Positions 35,801 to 49,026 of a DNA stretch of 64,000 bases are shown piece by piece (position 1 is the first letter of the stretch; each line of letters begins with the position of its first letter). The notes beneath the pieces were generated by a model. The model saw only the letters and a program-made list of their open reading frames with translations, was not told where the DNA came from and did no database searches. The position numbers were made by a program, and so were the translations under genes. The stretch is from Gordius albopunctatus. Its lineage: Eukaryota. The DNA lies in assembly GCA_964276515.1 (NCBI GenBank), contig OZ193910.1, positions 124,001 through 188,000 on the forward strand. Direction: 5' to 3'.

Positions 35801-38800
35801 CCACAATCAACCATAGGCGCCGTTACCTGGACGCGCTGCTGGAGATATTCATGGCGTACGGGATAGAAGGTTAGACAGGCGCGCGCACATCGTTTATCAC
35901 TCACTCACTCACTCTGCTTGTGATTGATTAGTTGATAGGGGGCATTCGGTGTTGGACGTGACGTTGCTCATGATGTGTTCGGGGTTGGGGCTGTGTGGCC
36001 TCGTGGAAAAATTAATATACCACGGCGCAAATCAGAATCGGTATTGTTACCTCGACGGATCCATTGCAACCGATTGGGCCTTAGCCTTCGATAAGTGGGA
36101 AACGGTTTCCTTGCTACGAACCTTCAAGTAATACCTACTACCCACCCACCCATTCATTCATTCCTTACCTAACCCTCATTCATTTCAGCTCACACTTTAT
36201 TATATGCAAACTATGTCACCCTTTTAAAATACTATAATTAAAAAAACTTTGCATTGCCATATTATTTATCGGGTGGGGCGAGGCTCTTTAGGTTCCGTTT
36301 AAGTTGTTAAACAGGATAAGGGGGTTTGGTATATAAAAATTTTACTTGAAATCATTTTTTATTTTTGCCATCGAGCATGTTTCCAGTACAATTTGCATAT
36401 ACTAAACTTAGCTGCAAAATAACTTCTTTGAAATGTTTCAGTAATTCAAATTAAAGGGCTTTGATTGTACAGAATCCTTATTCGCTCCCAGACAAATCAG
36501 GAGGAACTCTATATATATAATAGCTACGTCTACTCTCATGAAATTAATGACAACAACTTTACGTAAGGGATATGATGGGGGAGATGGCATTCGAAGAAGC
36601 TCGCCTTCTACTCGACAACATGGATGAACCGGAAAATTTGTTGGAACCGCGTTACACCCATCTATCCATCGCACGGCTATATTTCGAGAAAATTCATTTC
36701 AACAACAACTGCAATGGCCAACAAGGCCTTGGTGCCCGGGATCTCTTGCCCAAATTAATTATCAACCTCGTGAACGAGCTCAACTTTCAACGCAATCAGC
36801 AGCAGCAGCAGCAGCAGCAATCAGCTAAAAAAGGTGATAAGTATTACAATATTCACCCAAGGTTTCTTCTAAACTAAACCATCATCCCCCCCCCCGGCAT
36901 CTAATCCCAATGCTGGCTACGCCCGCCCATGTATACCATTGTTAGTCAATTAAGATGATTATGATTAAATGTAGGTTAGCGTTTAGATGGGCATTAATTG
37001 TTGCGAATTAAGGGAAGTAAGATGAATGGGTTTTATGGCATCATTCATACAAAATTCAGTATAAAAGTGTGTGTGTGTGTGTGTGTCGTTTTTGTAAATG
37101 GTAGAATAAACTATGTAGCAGGCTCCAGGTGTATATTGGTCTTCTTGCCCACGTGTGACGAAATCACGCGCACTAAAGAAGCCCTACTCTCAGACCCCGT
37201 GATTTCTGCAGCGACTTCTCACAACAAGTACCATCATGTCTTATGCATTATATCGTAATTTTCTTTGAATGAGAATGTTCAATGAATCGAGCTTATAAAC
37301 TTGTTTTAATATAATTAATCACAGGATGCGCGTATACGTTTTGTATCGCGAGATGGTGGCTTCGGATCTTAAGCAAATCTACCAGAGCATCGGAGACGAG
37401 TGCGTGAAGCTTGTAAGCACTCCCCATTTCAAAATCTCCTTTACCTATTATTTTTTGTTTCCCATACTTTATCCCAAGATTTGTTTGTCTATACTTATCT
37501 AATTGAGGAGGCGGAATAAAGGAATCACCTCACCAATTGGCCCTCCTCTTAAAAGTTATTTTTTACACGTGGTAGATCTTGGCTACGGACATTGCAGAGA
37601 CTTCGGTTCCCATCCCGGACATCGCTTACGTCATCGACAATGGATTGGTTGAGAAGGTAGGTGAATGAAACTCCCTTTTCCTTCTCACTCATTAAAACAA
37701 ACCCAACAAAAGGAACAAATTGTGTAATTGCTTGTTATTTCACCCCCTCTTACCATCTTTTCGTTAAAAGGCTTAGTACATAGGAAGGATGAGGATTACT
37801 TTGTTATTATTGAGCATAATATTTTATATGCACTTGATAAAAACTTTTTGCAATTATAAATCAAGAGTGCGATAGGTTTCGCTTGCTTAATATTTTTTGG
37901 CTCTTCTTTGCATTTAGGAAATGTACGATTGTAAAAATAATGCTTCGAGGCATGGGTTGTGCTGGTTATCCAAAGAAAATTACGAAAACAGAATCAACGT
38001 GTAAGTCCTTCATAGCTCATCATCATGGTCAAGCATCATAATTATTGTTTGCATCCTTGCAACGATAGGCTGAAAAAGGGTTGGACATCTGCTACCGCAT
38101 CACCGGCGCTAATTTGTTTTCGGCTTTACACCGAATTGCGGGCGGCACATTTGATCGAACGCCACCCCAGCCCCTTTTCCCTCGGCTGTTTGAGCGAATT
38201 ATTGTTGCAAGCAAAATATTTAGCTCCCATCAATTCTTCCCTCCAAGATTTTTTGGGTAAAGCCCCCGAACCCCCTTCCAATTCCGTGATGCGTTCAATG
38301 GTACAACATCTCAAGGTACGTACTCCTCACTTACTAACCTCTGTTTTCAATGCTACGCCATGAAGACACCTACTTTTGCATCCGATTTTAACATTTTCTT
38401 TACGATTCGATTGCCCCCCCCCCGGTGATTGATGATTCATATAGTTTCCATCTCGCTTCAGGGACTTGAAAGGGTGTCGAGCATAAATATATTGTAAAAT
38501 GAGGAATTGTTTTGATTACAATAGGCGTTGGATGCGTTGGACGATTGCTTGGATTTGACGGAATTGGGACAACACCTGATAGATATACCCTTGCACCCTT
38601 GTTTGGGCAAGATGATATTACATTCCATCGTGTTGAAGTGTTTGGATCCCGTCTTGACCATCGCCTGCGCCCTGGCTCAACCCGCCAAATCTAAAAGCCC
38701 TTTCGTTAATCCTTCTATCGCCACCAAATCTTCCATCATCTCCGTCAAGTATCGGTACTCGGAAAAAACCTTCAGCGATCACATGATTTTACTCCGAGTA

Positions 38801-41800
38801 TTTCAGGTAAATTCCCTTCTTTTTTAATCCCGGGATCCTATCAGTGCTGTAAAAAGGGGTGGGGGGGGGGTTTTGTTCCTATGCTTTTAGTCGACTAAAC
38901 TTGAACGGACCCACGGTTTTTTCGTCTGTAGCATAAACCATTGCTCTGTTTATGTTTAGTCAAGTAAAACCAAAGGCAGAAGACACTTGGTCCTATCTTT
39001 GCCACTGTTTATACCTATCTGTATGTATGCGTATGTATGTATGCGTATAAATATAATCACGCAGGGCTGGCAAAAGGCGAGAGTGGATGGGTGGGAAAAG
39101 CAATTTTGTTCTCGTAACGGCTTGTCCCCATCTAATTTGGACGCCATCTTCACCCTTCGGGCCCACATCCTCGGTCAATTGCGGGCTTCGGGTTTGGTGA
39201 GATCGCGTGGGTTCGGTGATATTCGAGATCTCAACATTAATTCCGAAAATTGGGCTGCCGTCAAAGCGGTACTATGTACTTCGTTGTACCCCAACTTAGC
39301 CCGGGTCATTCATTCCCGTGAGTGGACTTATCCTCTTTTTAAGACGTCCAAATTAATGTTATTAATGATAAATTTAGCGCAAGTAGATAGCCTGCAGAAC
39401 GGAGATGAAAAGGATAGAAAGGAGATGGGAGAACTGTTACTGGGACTGAATGTCATATTATTGATGGTGTGTGGCGGCAATGCGGTTAAAGGAGCTGCCC
39501 GATCAACTTCTTCCCCTCAAACCGTGAGGATTAATCAGAAAAGTCACCCAAGTTTGGGCACCGAGACTGATGCCTATAATGAAGAATCGCCCCCATCAAA
39601 CTATCACCACCTTTCTCAAAATAGCACCACTTCTTTGTAAGCTCTTGTCTTGTGCGGCCAATATTATCAATATTTTCTCTAGTGACCTTTTAAGGATATA
39701 TTGCCATGAGGGGCGTGGCCAACGAAATTATTCATTTTAATCCCAAAGATAAAAATCAAAAATGATGCGCTTTTATCATTTATTAAAATGAGTGAGAACG
39801 ATATCCACGAGTACATAATAATATACAACGAGTAGCACGCACTATATTTGTGCTATGTCTATGCACATTTATGACTCACTCATGATACCTTTTATCACAT
39901 CGTTATTTTCATGTCATAGGTGTGAGCGCAAGGTTAAATTAGGCCCCGAAGTTTGTTTTGCCTCGAATAGCCTAGCTTCATCTGTTAGCCTCAAATCCAA
40001 TCGTTCCTTTGGTAACAACAGCCTATGGGCTACGTTTTGTCCTTCGGATTGGATCATATATGATTCTTGCTTCAAGCTCAAACCATACCTCGACGAAGCG
40101 TCCGGGCCTGCTAATGGGACTTCTGGGAAAAGTGATTTCGATGGTAAGGAGATTCCTCTAGGGTGTGCCGGTTATTTACAAGGTTGCACTCTGGTTTCTC
40201 CCATAACCGTTCTCCTGTTTGCGGGACCTAATCGGACTCCTAAGGAATTTGTTCAAGATATTGAAAATCCGGAAAGTAAGTATCGTCGACCCCTTCACCT
40301 CATCCATTCCCATGAGCATAGCCAGTATTGGAAGAGGGGGAAGCAATAATGATTTGGGCAGGGGGGCAAAATGATAATTGTTTTGAAATTAGTCCTAATC
40401 GTAATATTCACAAAATTTTTGGCTCTAGAGGGGGGCAGCCCCCCCCCCCCGCCACGCCCATGTCCATTAATTAAAGTTGGTATAGACCTACGGATACATG
40501 CTTGTCATTATTGTAGGTATACAAAATATTGCGGGGGTAATGGTGGAAGATGAAAGCGATAGTGGTGGCGATGAATCATATCACAACGAGGGAGGGAGCA
40601 ATCGAGGTGAAGATAACAATAGTTCTGGTGCAACACCACATCCATCCTCCGAGCAGCAACGCTCAATCACTCTCACCACCGAACTCAAATTGGACCAGGG
40701 ATTGATCTTTCAAAACGACTTAGAGGTATTACGGAACCTCCTTCACCTCAGACAAAAGTATCATTCGCTCGTTTTAAGGCGATTGAAAAACCCCTCTAAG
40801 CCTTGTTCTCTCACTGACGAGGTAAGCAAATCACATATATGAATTCACCAAAATTAAAATATACGTAATTTCATTGAAAATAAAGGCGACGCTGAAAATG
40901 GTAATAAGCATTTTGGCTCAAGAGGAAAATGCGTTGGGGTTGCCTCAACCTTCGGGTGTTGGTCAAAGGCCTAAACCAATGTCGGCTGAACAGAGTAATA
41001 ACAACAACACCACCACCACCCCCAATAACGACGAGCCGCCCCTTCTCGCCTCTCCTCCCCCAAACCCATCTTCTTTCAACCCCCCACATCGAAGAGGTAC
41101 TACACGATAGTGTTTTGTGTTTTTTTCCTCTTTTTCTCTTCGACGCATAAACAGCAGACCAATGATTTCTGTTCAAACCTATGCTCTGTTTATGTTTGCT
41201 CAACTAAAACCAAAGGTGGACCAAACCCAGCCGTTTTTAAAACACTACGCAGGCACACGCGCGCATTTCTTATATTTTATTCCATTCCTTTATCGTTGCA
41301 CTGTTAGACATGATGGGTGCGATGACAAATTTCTCAATCAACGATTCCGATAATAGGGGTGCCAATAGCCAGGATATGGGGGGATACTACAACAATCACG
41401 GTACCTTTTACGATCCATCACCTCATATTTATTCTCAACAAAACCCGGCTGCTGTTTCTGCTCCTGCTATCACGATACCACCACAACGGGGCCCTGAGTC
41501 GTCTTTGGTCAAATTTTATCTCATCAAACCGACGGTTAGCCCGGGTGCCAATGTCATAGCCGGGGCTAACTCCCAATACATTCCTTCCCCTTACCAATTT
41601 CCCGGATCGGTATCCATGGGTACGCCAGAAGATTATTGCAATTACCCTCAACTAGATCATGAAATCAAGAGAATCCTCGAAGCAACTCATTCCCTCAACC
41701 TTTCCCAACACGTAATCCTATCCTATCCTAGATTTAATATTGTCATCCCTTAAAACGTTTGTGTTATAAAGGATGAACAACTTTCTTTGTCTGGCAACTA

Positions 41801-42268
41801 TCGAGGTGTCAAGACCGTCATCGGGTTCATCTTTAATCCAGTCACCAAAATATTTTTGGGGATCGTTAAATGTATGATCGTACAAGGAGGAGACGTCCCT
41901 AACCCCACTCTAAATACGAGCACGCCCATCGTGCTCCAAATGGATTGGATCGTGAAGTAATATTAATACCTTCTATGAGTGCAGCAGACCGTTTTGCACT
42001 TAGATAATTACAAATTCGAGCTTCTTGTAGCAATACAATTATTTTTTATGGCATTCTATGAAATTCAGAAAAATGGTGGAAGTGCATTCAATCCTTAACG
42101 ATCCTCTGACTTTAACACTCCCACAATTGGAACCTATGATTCGTTCGAATCAAGTGCTATGCGTAAGTCCGAATCTTATTTTACTCGCATGATTAATTTA
42201 TTTGTTTCATCTTATAGGAATTGGATATTAACTTGGTGCCTTACCTCCTCAAATATTTTCAAGAATGA
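32862..42268 (+). CDS. YTHDC2: YTHDC2-family DExH RNA helicase (R3H, RecA1, ankyrin, RecA2, HA2/OB, degenerate YTH), multi-exon
   Basis: R3H SFPTSLISKERRLVHKLCEHFGL; Walker A GDNGVGKST; VGQTVGYQIRLESRVSP; ankyrin TLLMMCSGLGLCGLVEKLIYHGAN; LTELGQHLIDIPLHPCLGKMIL..LKCLDPVLTIACALA; QLRASGLVRSRGFGDIRDLNINSENWAAVKA; GLPQPSGVGQRPKPM. Last exon ELDINLVPYLLKYFQE* at 42218-42268. Confidence 0.92.
38885..38972. repeat. Small intronic inverted-repeat element family; related copies at ~41150-41215 and 63370-63418
   Basis: Shared TTTTAGT(C/A)GACTAAA...GTTTATG...AAAACC ends in introns of YTHDC2 and V-ATPase a. Confidence 0.5.
40311..40462. mobile_element. MITE (CATGGGCGTAGCC-type ends) in a YTHDC2 intron
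   Basis: Ends CATGAGCATAGCC / GCCACGCCCATG; flanks TCCATTCC / TCCATTAA (6/8, possible TSD). Confidence 0.65.
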
Positions 42269-43334
42269 AGATACCCCTATAACCTTTTTTTAATATAAAT
42301 ACAATATTTAGGACTTAGCATTTCACCTTAACGCGTATTACGCGCACATTGTTATATCATATATTCAGCAGGTACCTAGTATTTATCCTATTTACACCGG
42401 ACCCACATAATATATATTTGTTTTATAGACGACAATCACTTAGACTATATGTTAAACATGAATCCCTTATTCCATGCTGTTAAAGACTGTCACCCTCTAT
42501 TTTGTTTCCAACATATCCCATATCTGTTCACTTTATCATATATGCTAAACATAAATTGAAATTTGTTATAATTTTTATCTTTCTTATTTCAATTGGATTT
42601 CTTTTCCACTATATAATAATTTTCCTCTTTATTTCACAATATAATTTTATAATCAATTTTCATCAGTACAAAATAATAATGATTATGATCTCCAATATCA
42701 TACATTCAATACATTATATATTTTTACATTCATGCTGCTGACCTCGATATCATTTATGGGTTTCTTTTTACAATAACGAGTATTATTTTGACATAAGTGA
42801 GTTTTCTTTAAATATCTTCTGGATCTTGATTAATCGTGCGTGTGTATAAATTTCAGTAGGAGAAGTACAAAATTAGAATTCTACGTTAACTAGAACAGTG
42901 ATGCGGATGATTTGCCATATATCAAGTTAGAACAGGAATGAGGGTAATTTGGCAGCGCGTGTGTAAGAATTAATAGAATTCAACATTAAGGATGATCTAT
43001 CAAAGATAAAAATAAATTAGATTAATTTTGGCATAACCATATGCCACAATAATTAAACAAAATTTGGCTTTTAGTTTATAAACTAAAGCTTAACCTATAA
43101 GTAAGCATTGTATGCTCTTATTAAGTCTCACAGTCGCAGTCTTTGTTTTGATAAGTTTCTACATCTTAAAGGGCGAAGCGCAATGTCCTCATATATATTC
43201 TTAGTTTTCATAACTTTACTTGCCCTTTCCATGTGACATGTGGTCCTCCTCTTCATCTCCTCCCCGGCACCTCCATGTCCACTACTTTTCGATTTACTTC
43301 ATTCGTCTCCCTTCTAAAATTGGGATTCTATAAA

Positions 43335-44560
43335 TTTTTTTTTTAATATAAAGCACGATCAATAAATAGATAAAAAGCGTGGCTACTCTTCATTTTCATC
43401 GAGGGCCAGAGGCCAGGTGTCGGAAAATGCCTTATAGTTGTATTTGGCTATTAAAATTCCTATTTTTTGGCGCAAAAGAAAGCTTGCGGAGTATTTTCCT
43501 TCGGGAGATCTCTTTCCTATCAATTTAAAAAAGGCTAATGCCTGTTTGCCAAAAGTCGCGGAACAGGAAGCCACGATAGGGATAAAAATTTTTGAAGGGA
43601 TTATATCACGGTATTTATTGGTTTTGCGTGTTTCAGCTAGAGCTAGTGGGTCAGCTTTATTGTTAGAGGGTGAAAATACGTCGATGCAGGTAAAGTCCCA
43701 AGATAGGAACTTACCATCATCCCATGGAATTGTGGATGTTCCATCGGGGCGCATTCTACCCTCAAGAGTGGGTTCTGATGGTTCGGGAATGGAAGGGAAG
43801 CCGGTTTTTAGTAAAGCGGTTTGGATCAAAAGATTGATCTTTTGATGGCGAATGAAACAGAATTTGTTGAGTTTACAATGTAAGGGGTGATGGGCCCAAA
43901 CATCAATTTGTTTCTTACAATTTTTACAAGTCAATTGATTGCAAATTGGGATCCCCAGTCTCAAGGCGATCGCGTAAGTAATTTCGGGGTTTGAGAGTAA
44001 GAGCCCAGAGAACTTGCTCGGAATGCATTCCAGCCATTCGTGACCAGAGTCAGTCGTTAGTGACCTGAGATTGAAGTGCTGTACGGCGTCACAACTCGAA
44101 AGTAGGTAAGCGACGGAGCGTGACACTATACTGGCATCCCAGTCTCGTTGTTTGACTGAATTTGGATAATGGTTCCTGGCATTACATTTTAAAGCCATGA
44201 TGTTAAAGCTGTTTGCGTTAAGAAATCTTCCGTATGGGTCGTCAATTTAAAAACGAGATCTTTCACTAAATTGTAAGACGAGAGAAAGGCAACTAGGCTA
44301 ATGGTCAAGGGTGACCTTATTCCTAATCCTCCAGATTTAGTTGGAAGAGTGGCTTGTAACCAGCTAGTATCATTGAAAGATAAGTTTAGAATTTTTTCTA
44401 GGAGATTTTTAATTGTGGATTCGTATAATTTAAGGATATCTGTGTGTAAAAAAGCAGCAGCTGATCGAAAACAATGCTGAATCTTGGAAATATTAAAAAA
44501 GTTTTTTATCATAAAAAAGCGTGATGTATTGGTGACAATTTTAAAAGTTCCATTTTTGAG
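43335..44560 (-). mobile_element. 5'-truncated non-LTR retrotransposon with restriction-like endonuclease (CRE/R2-group-like)
   Basis: ORFs 44189-44512 (QATLPTKSGGLGIR) and 43383-44198 are joined by a frameshift. Zn knuckle CKNC...HPLHC, then RHQKI and PD-(D/E)xK-type RPDG...WDFTCID...AETRKTNKY. A 10-nt poly(A) tail appears as the T-run at 43335-43344. Confidence 0.8.
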
Positions 44561-44963
44561 GCCAATGCCCGACCGTGCCGGGATTATTTAAGTTTTGTCG
44601 AATTTTTTGCGAAATCGAATAAAAGACGTAATAAAATGCTATTTCTTATGGCCTTGTTTTACTTTTATACACAGGTCTACAAATATTGAACTTCTTCTAA
44701 GCAGACTCAGGTGAAGGGAGAGAGAGAGATGTGTTAGTAGACATCGCGTACGCAATGTACTCCGTCGTTTTCCAACCATAGTGCACGATTTATAATTAGG
44801 TGAAGGGGTTCACTTAAACACCAAAAAAACGAAAATAATGGACGTATAGATGACACGTTAATCTACCAAAATAGATAAATATTTTTCAGTATAAATTTAA
44901 AATTCCGTGGCAATGTAGCCTCAAAAAAGGTTGAAGGGAGCATTTTTGCACAATTTGAAAAAT

Positions 44964-46132
44964 GGAATCGAGACGAGATTTCTTCGGGGAGATCTCGACT
45001 TTTTATTGATCGTTAGATTTTAGTAAATTATTGTGTATTTTAATTTGCTGGCTTTACATTTAAGGTATTAAGTTATGTATGGAATATATTTGATATTCCA
45101 AAAAAATTACTAAGTGTAGTAAATATTATATATTTTTGAAAAAATTTTAAAATTTTGTTGACCCTTGGGGTATGTGAATAAGTTTATAATTGTGAGTAGG
45201 CTTAGAACGAGTTCTGATGGAATAGTAAATGTTACTAAAGTGTATTTGATTTTAGCAGTTACTCATCGCGCAAGATGCCTTAATTATAAATTGGTGTTTG
45301 GGTTGGCAGGTGCATTCAAATTTATTAAAATTTCTTTATATGTGCAATATAAAATAAATACACGAACCTATAATGTATTCGATAAATAACTATTTAATGG
45401 CAAGCTTACTTAGAATTGGAAGATAATTATTTATAATATAAATTTGATTTTAATGATTTTTGTCACAAATTAAAATGCGTGAACCTTAATCCTACTAGTT
45501 ATAAATTCTGTAAACAAAATTATTATCATTAAAGGTCACTCGCACTTTTTGGTTCATGACATTATAGTAAACATGCAATAACTCTACTGGCTATAATTAA
45601 TGATGGTAATATCAATGGACTTAAGCGTTTGCCTTAAATATGTAAGGTCTACTTTGAAGCTTTACCCAGGGTTAATAAAGTCTCAATTTGCTTAATTGTG
45701 CAACTAAGTCAACTATAAGCGAACTTATAATTTTCTAAGTCTATTTATAGTTGAAACACACAGTGAATTTGATACAAATGTTATAATTTGCTAGAACAAT
45801 AAAATTTAATTTCTATACTTCAAATTTATTTCGTTTATTAGTCTGCCCTTTCCATATAAAATGTTATCTTTATGAATTAATTCATATTTTTATATTGTAA
45901 ATGAGATATCGTGTCCCGCTAAATCTTTAAAAAGTTTGTGTATTAAAGTTTTTTTAAACACTTATTTAATATTTTTGATAAAACAGGAGAAATTTTTATT
46001 CTGTATATATTTTTTTATTGAGAAGTCGAGACGAGAATTCTCGTCGAGACAAGATCGAGATTTTTCTAGACCGAGACGAGATTTTCATAATCGCTCCCGA
46101 TATGAGATTTTGTTTTCGAGACCGAAACACTA
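44964..46132 (+). mobile_element. Non-autonomous DNA transposon family, copy A (end ...GAGACCGAAACACTA, subterminal CGAGA repeats)
   Basis: Colinear with 49523-51021 and with the reverse complement of 51454-53686. Confidence 0.75.
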
Positions 46133-46774
46133 AGTATATAACTCCCAGCCGTATGTTATTTCAAATTTATTTTAATAATCAAAATTTTGTTAAGTGGGAA
46201 TTTTCTGCCCCCTTGACCAAAATTCGAAATTTGTTTGAAGGTCCATGTCCTTTTTCAAGGTATAAAGGCGATGATAGTAAATGCTCTGATTAATGAAGAG
46301 AGGAGGTTTTTCCAAATAGCGAGCGCCTTGAAGTTTCGCATATGCATTGTAAGCGAAGTGTCGAAAAATATTTTGCATTTTTCTTCGCCCTCAAGAAAAT
46401 CCTGGCTACGCGCATGGTGTTAAACTATAAATATAACCTTGTTTTTCAAGGGTCTCACTTTCAAAGAGTGTTAATTAAAAACTCAATTATAAGCACCTTT
46501 TTTCTTCATGAATAAGTTATCGGGAATTATTGAGGGAGTTAAAAAAATATCTCAACAATTCCCGATAACTTATCCATCAAAATCTTCTAAAATATAAATA
46601 CCTTGCCTTAAAAAAAGAAATAAGTACTTTAGAAGCTGGCTCGGTTGAGGCTAGATCTACTTAATGGTTAATTTAACATTTATTGTTCCAAAAATCTTTA
46701 TTTAAAAGTTTTATAATTCTATGGAAATTAAATATGTGAGAGGATGTTAAAGACAAGGCCAATTCATGTGCAAT

Positions 46775-46927
46775 CATAGGCGCGGCCAGAGAGTGGCAGG
46801 AAGGGGCGGCTGCCCTTCTAAATCCAAAATTTAAATAATTATGACAAAAATGTCAGCAGAATTATCATTTTGCCCCTCCCCAAATCCTTATTGGCTTACC
46901 CTAAATCCAATAATGGCTAGGCCCATA
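46775..46927. mobile_element. 153-bp hAT-type MITE
   Basis: Ends CATAGGCGCGGCC / GGCTAGGCCCATA; 8-bp TSD TGTGCAAT / TGTGCATT (7/8). Confidence 0.75.
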
Positions 46928-47077
46928 TGTGCATTCTTTTAAATCGAATCACCACAAGCAACAGTATCCATTTTATTGTAAAACTCAAGATAAAATTAGT
47001 ATTGAGAGGAGGAGCATATTGAATATATATAGGTTTGTGAGTGAAATAGCGTTAGGAGTAAGGGGGGGTGGGGGGGT

Positions 47078-48420
47078 TCAATCCCAACGCAACCATAGTT
47101 TGAGCCTGTAGGCGTCAGCGCCGTTGAGGTAATATCGATACAATCTTTTATCCCGCACAAAACCCAATGCTTCATACAATGACAAAGCTGCTCCATTACT
47201 AACCTCCGTCTCCAATACCACCTAAAACACATGAGTGAAGAAATGACGTGGGTGCAGCAATTTAACGTGTAAAATCATGAAAACTCAAAAGAGTCATCCT
47301 TATTTTTCCACAGCCAACTTCGTTGCTTTAATCATAGCAATTACTTGCAAATAATGGTAAACATATCTTTAACTGGATGTGCAAACAATAACCAAATTGA
47401 TAAGTTTTCATTTTTTTCAAAACGAGGTTTTACACATGCAAATTTTAATTTAACAGGCACTTACTTATGCACAATGGCCTCAACACTGATTTAATGCACA
47501 ACAAATATAAAAATAAAACTTATTATCTCATCATATTGATGGTAGATGCTTAAACTAAAATTATTTTACAATTAGCACTTAATAATATAAAGGTTCAATA
47601 AAACATAAATATATCAAAATACTAACACTTTTATATGCAGTTCAAAGTGTGTGATAATTACAATATTTTACTTATATGCATATACTTGCAAATTTTAAAT
47701 AAAAACATAGCTTACTTCATCACATCCTTTTTTAATCATGGCAATTATAGCTTGTAAAACCAGGTTTGTCCCTAAAGTCACAATAAAATATTAGATAATT
47801 TACCAAAGAAAACTTACAATCCTTATAATATAATTTACCAATCTTTTTTCTTCTAAAATCCTTATCAGTTGCAAGCATGGCAATATATCCCCTGTAAACA
47901 AGCTTCTGGGGAGCCAAACAATAATGCATTTGCTTATGGACATCTAATTTGCAAACAATAGCACCTATACAACAGTTTTCATGCATTGCCTAAAAATTCA
48001 ATAACGCTTTATGTAGTTATACCAAGAAACATAAATCTGGCCAATTATGTATAAAATAACGATAGGTATAAATGGAATATGGTTCAGACAAATCTTTTGT
48101 AATTAGCTTAATTATATCTGGCATTATGATTTCAGAAACATAAGGTTTATATACAATTTCTGGGTATTTTATTAAATTTCTATGCATTTTTTCTTCAATC
48201 ACTTTTAATATAATGTCTTCAGCTTGGGAGAGTTATATGTTGCTTCAATTTGTAAAGTACCTACAAATTGGTCCCTTTTGTGATTAAGGCCTTGTACATC
48301 CAACTCATTTATTAAATTTGTTAGCTGATTTTTAATAGTGTCCTCTATATATAAAGAATCATCTTTAGTGTTAGCATCGTTATAAGTATTAACATTTTTA
48401 CGCCTATTCTTTTTACTCAT
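47078..48420 (-). CDS. NAA30: N-alpha-acetyltransferase 30 (NatC catalytic subunit, Mak3), five exons
   Basis: [48 protein letters not shown]...[47 protein letters not shown]; stop at 47078. Confidence 0.95.
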
Positions 48421-49026
48421 TCGATGTGTTTTTACAAATAAAAGTCAAGCATATGTTTATACTAAAATTTCGCCAAAAAAGTACAATTAGGAAAATGGTT
48501 ATCATCCATCGCATCAACATTCAAAATCTCAAATCTAATCCCCAAACTTCCTGATTCGAATTTTAAGCCTGATCTTCTCACTTTACTTCTATGATGGAGA
48601 TAACAAACTAGATATGTTTCAAATAGTTTGCTAAAGCTTTAGGACGAAAAGAATATTTTATATAAATCCAAATTCGAGTCAAGCCGTATAATATAGGCAG
48701 ACGTTCCAAATGATATTATTAAACTATTATTAATTGTATTAGGAATAATATGCCTGCTAGCTTTACCTTGCGCAGATATAGTCAATACCATTAATACTAC
48801 AACCGAGACCCATATGCATCCTATCAATCACTGCTTTAGCCCCGTCTCCAGTAACAAATGTACGCTACGCCTTATGGGGGCATGCGAGAAATTCTCGTAC
48901 TATATGGATTTGGCATGCTACATATTTTTAGTCTTCGGGAAGGTCAATCATTTTTAGATCTCAAGATTTCTTTTATGCTCGGGGAGATTTTACGCTTTGC
49001 TGGCTTAAAGCTATGGGGGTGTAGGG

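Noticed and set aside
46510..46575. Hairpin GAATAAGTTATCGGGAATTATTGAG...CTCAACAATTCCCGATAACTTATCC as a miRNA candidate
   Set aside because: It lies among MITE fragments and has no expression evidence; more simply a transposon palindrome.
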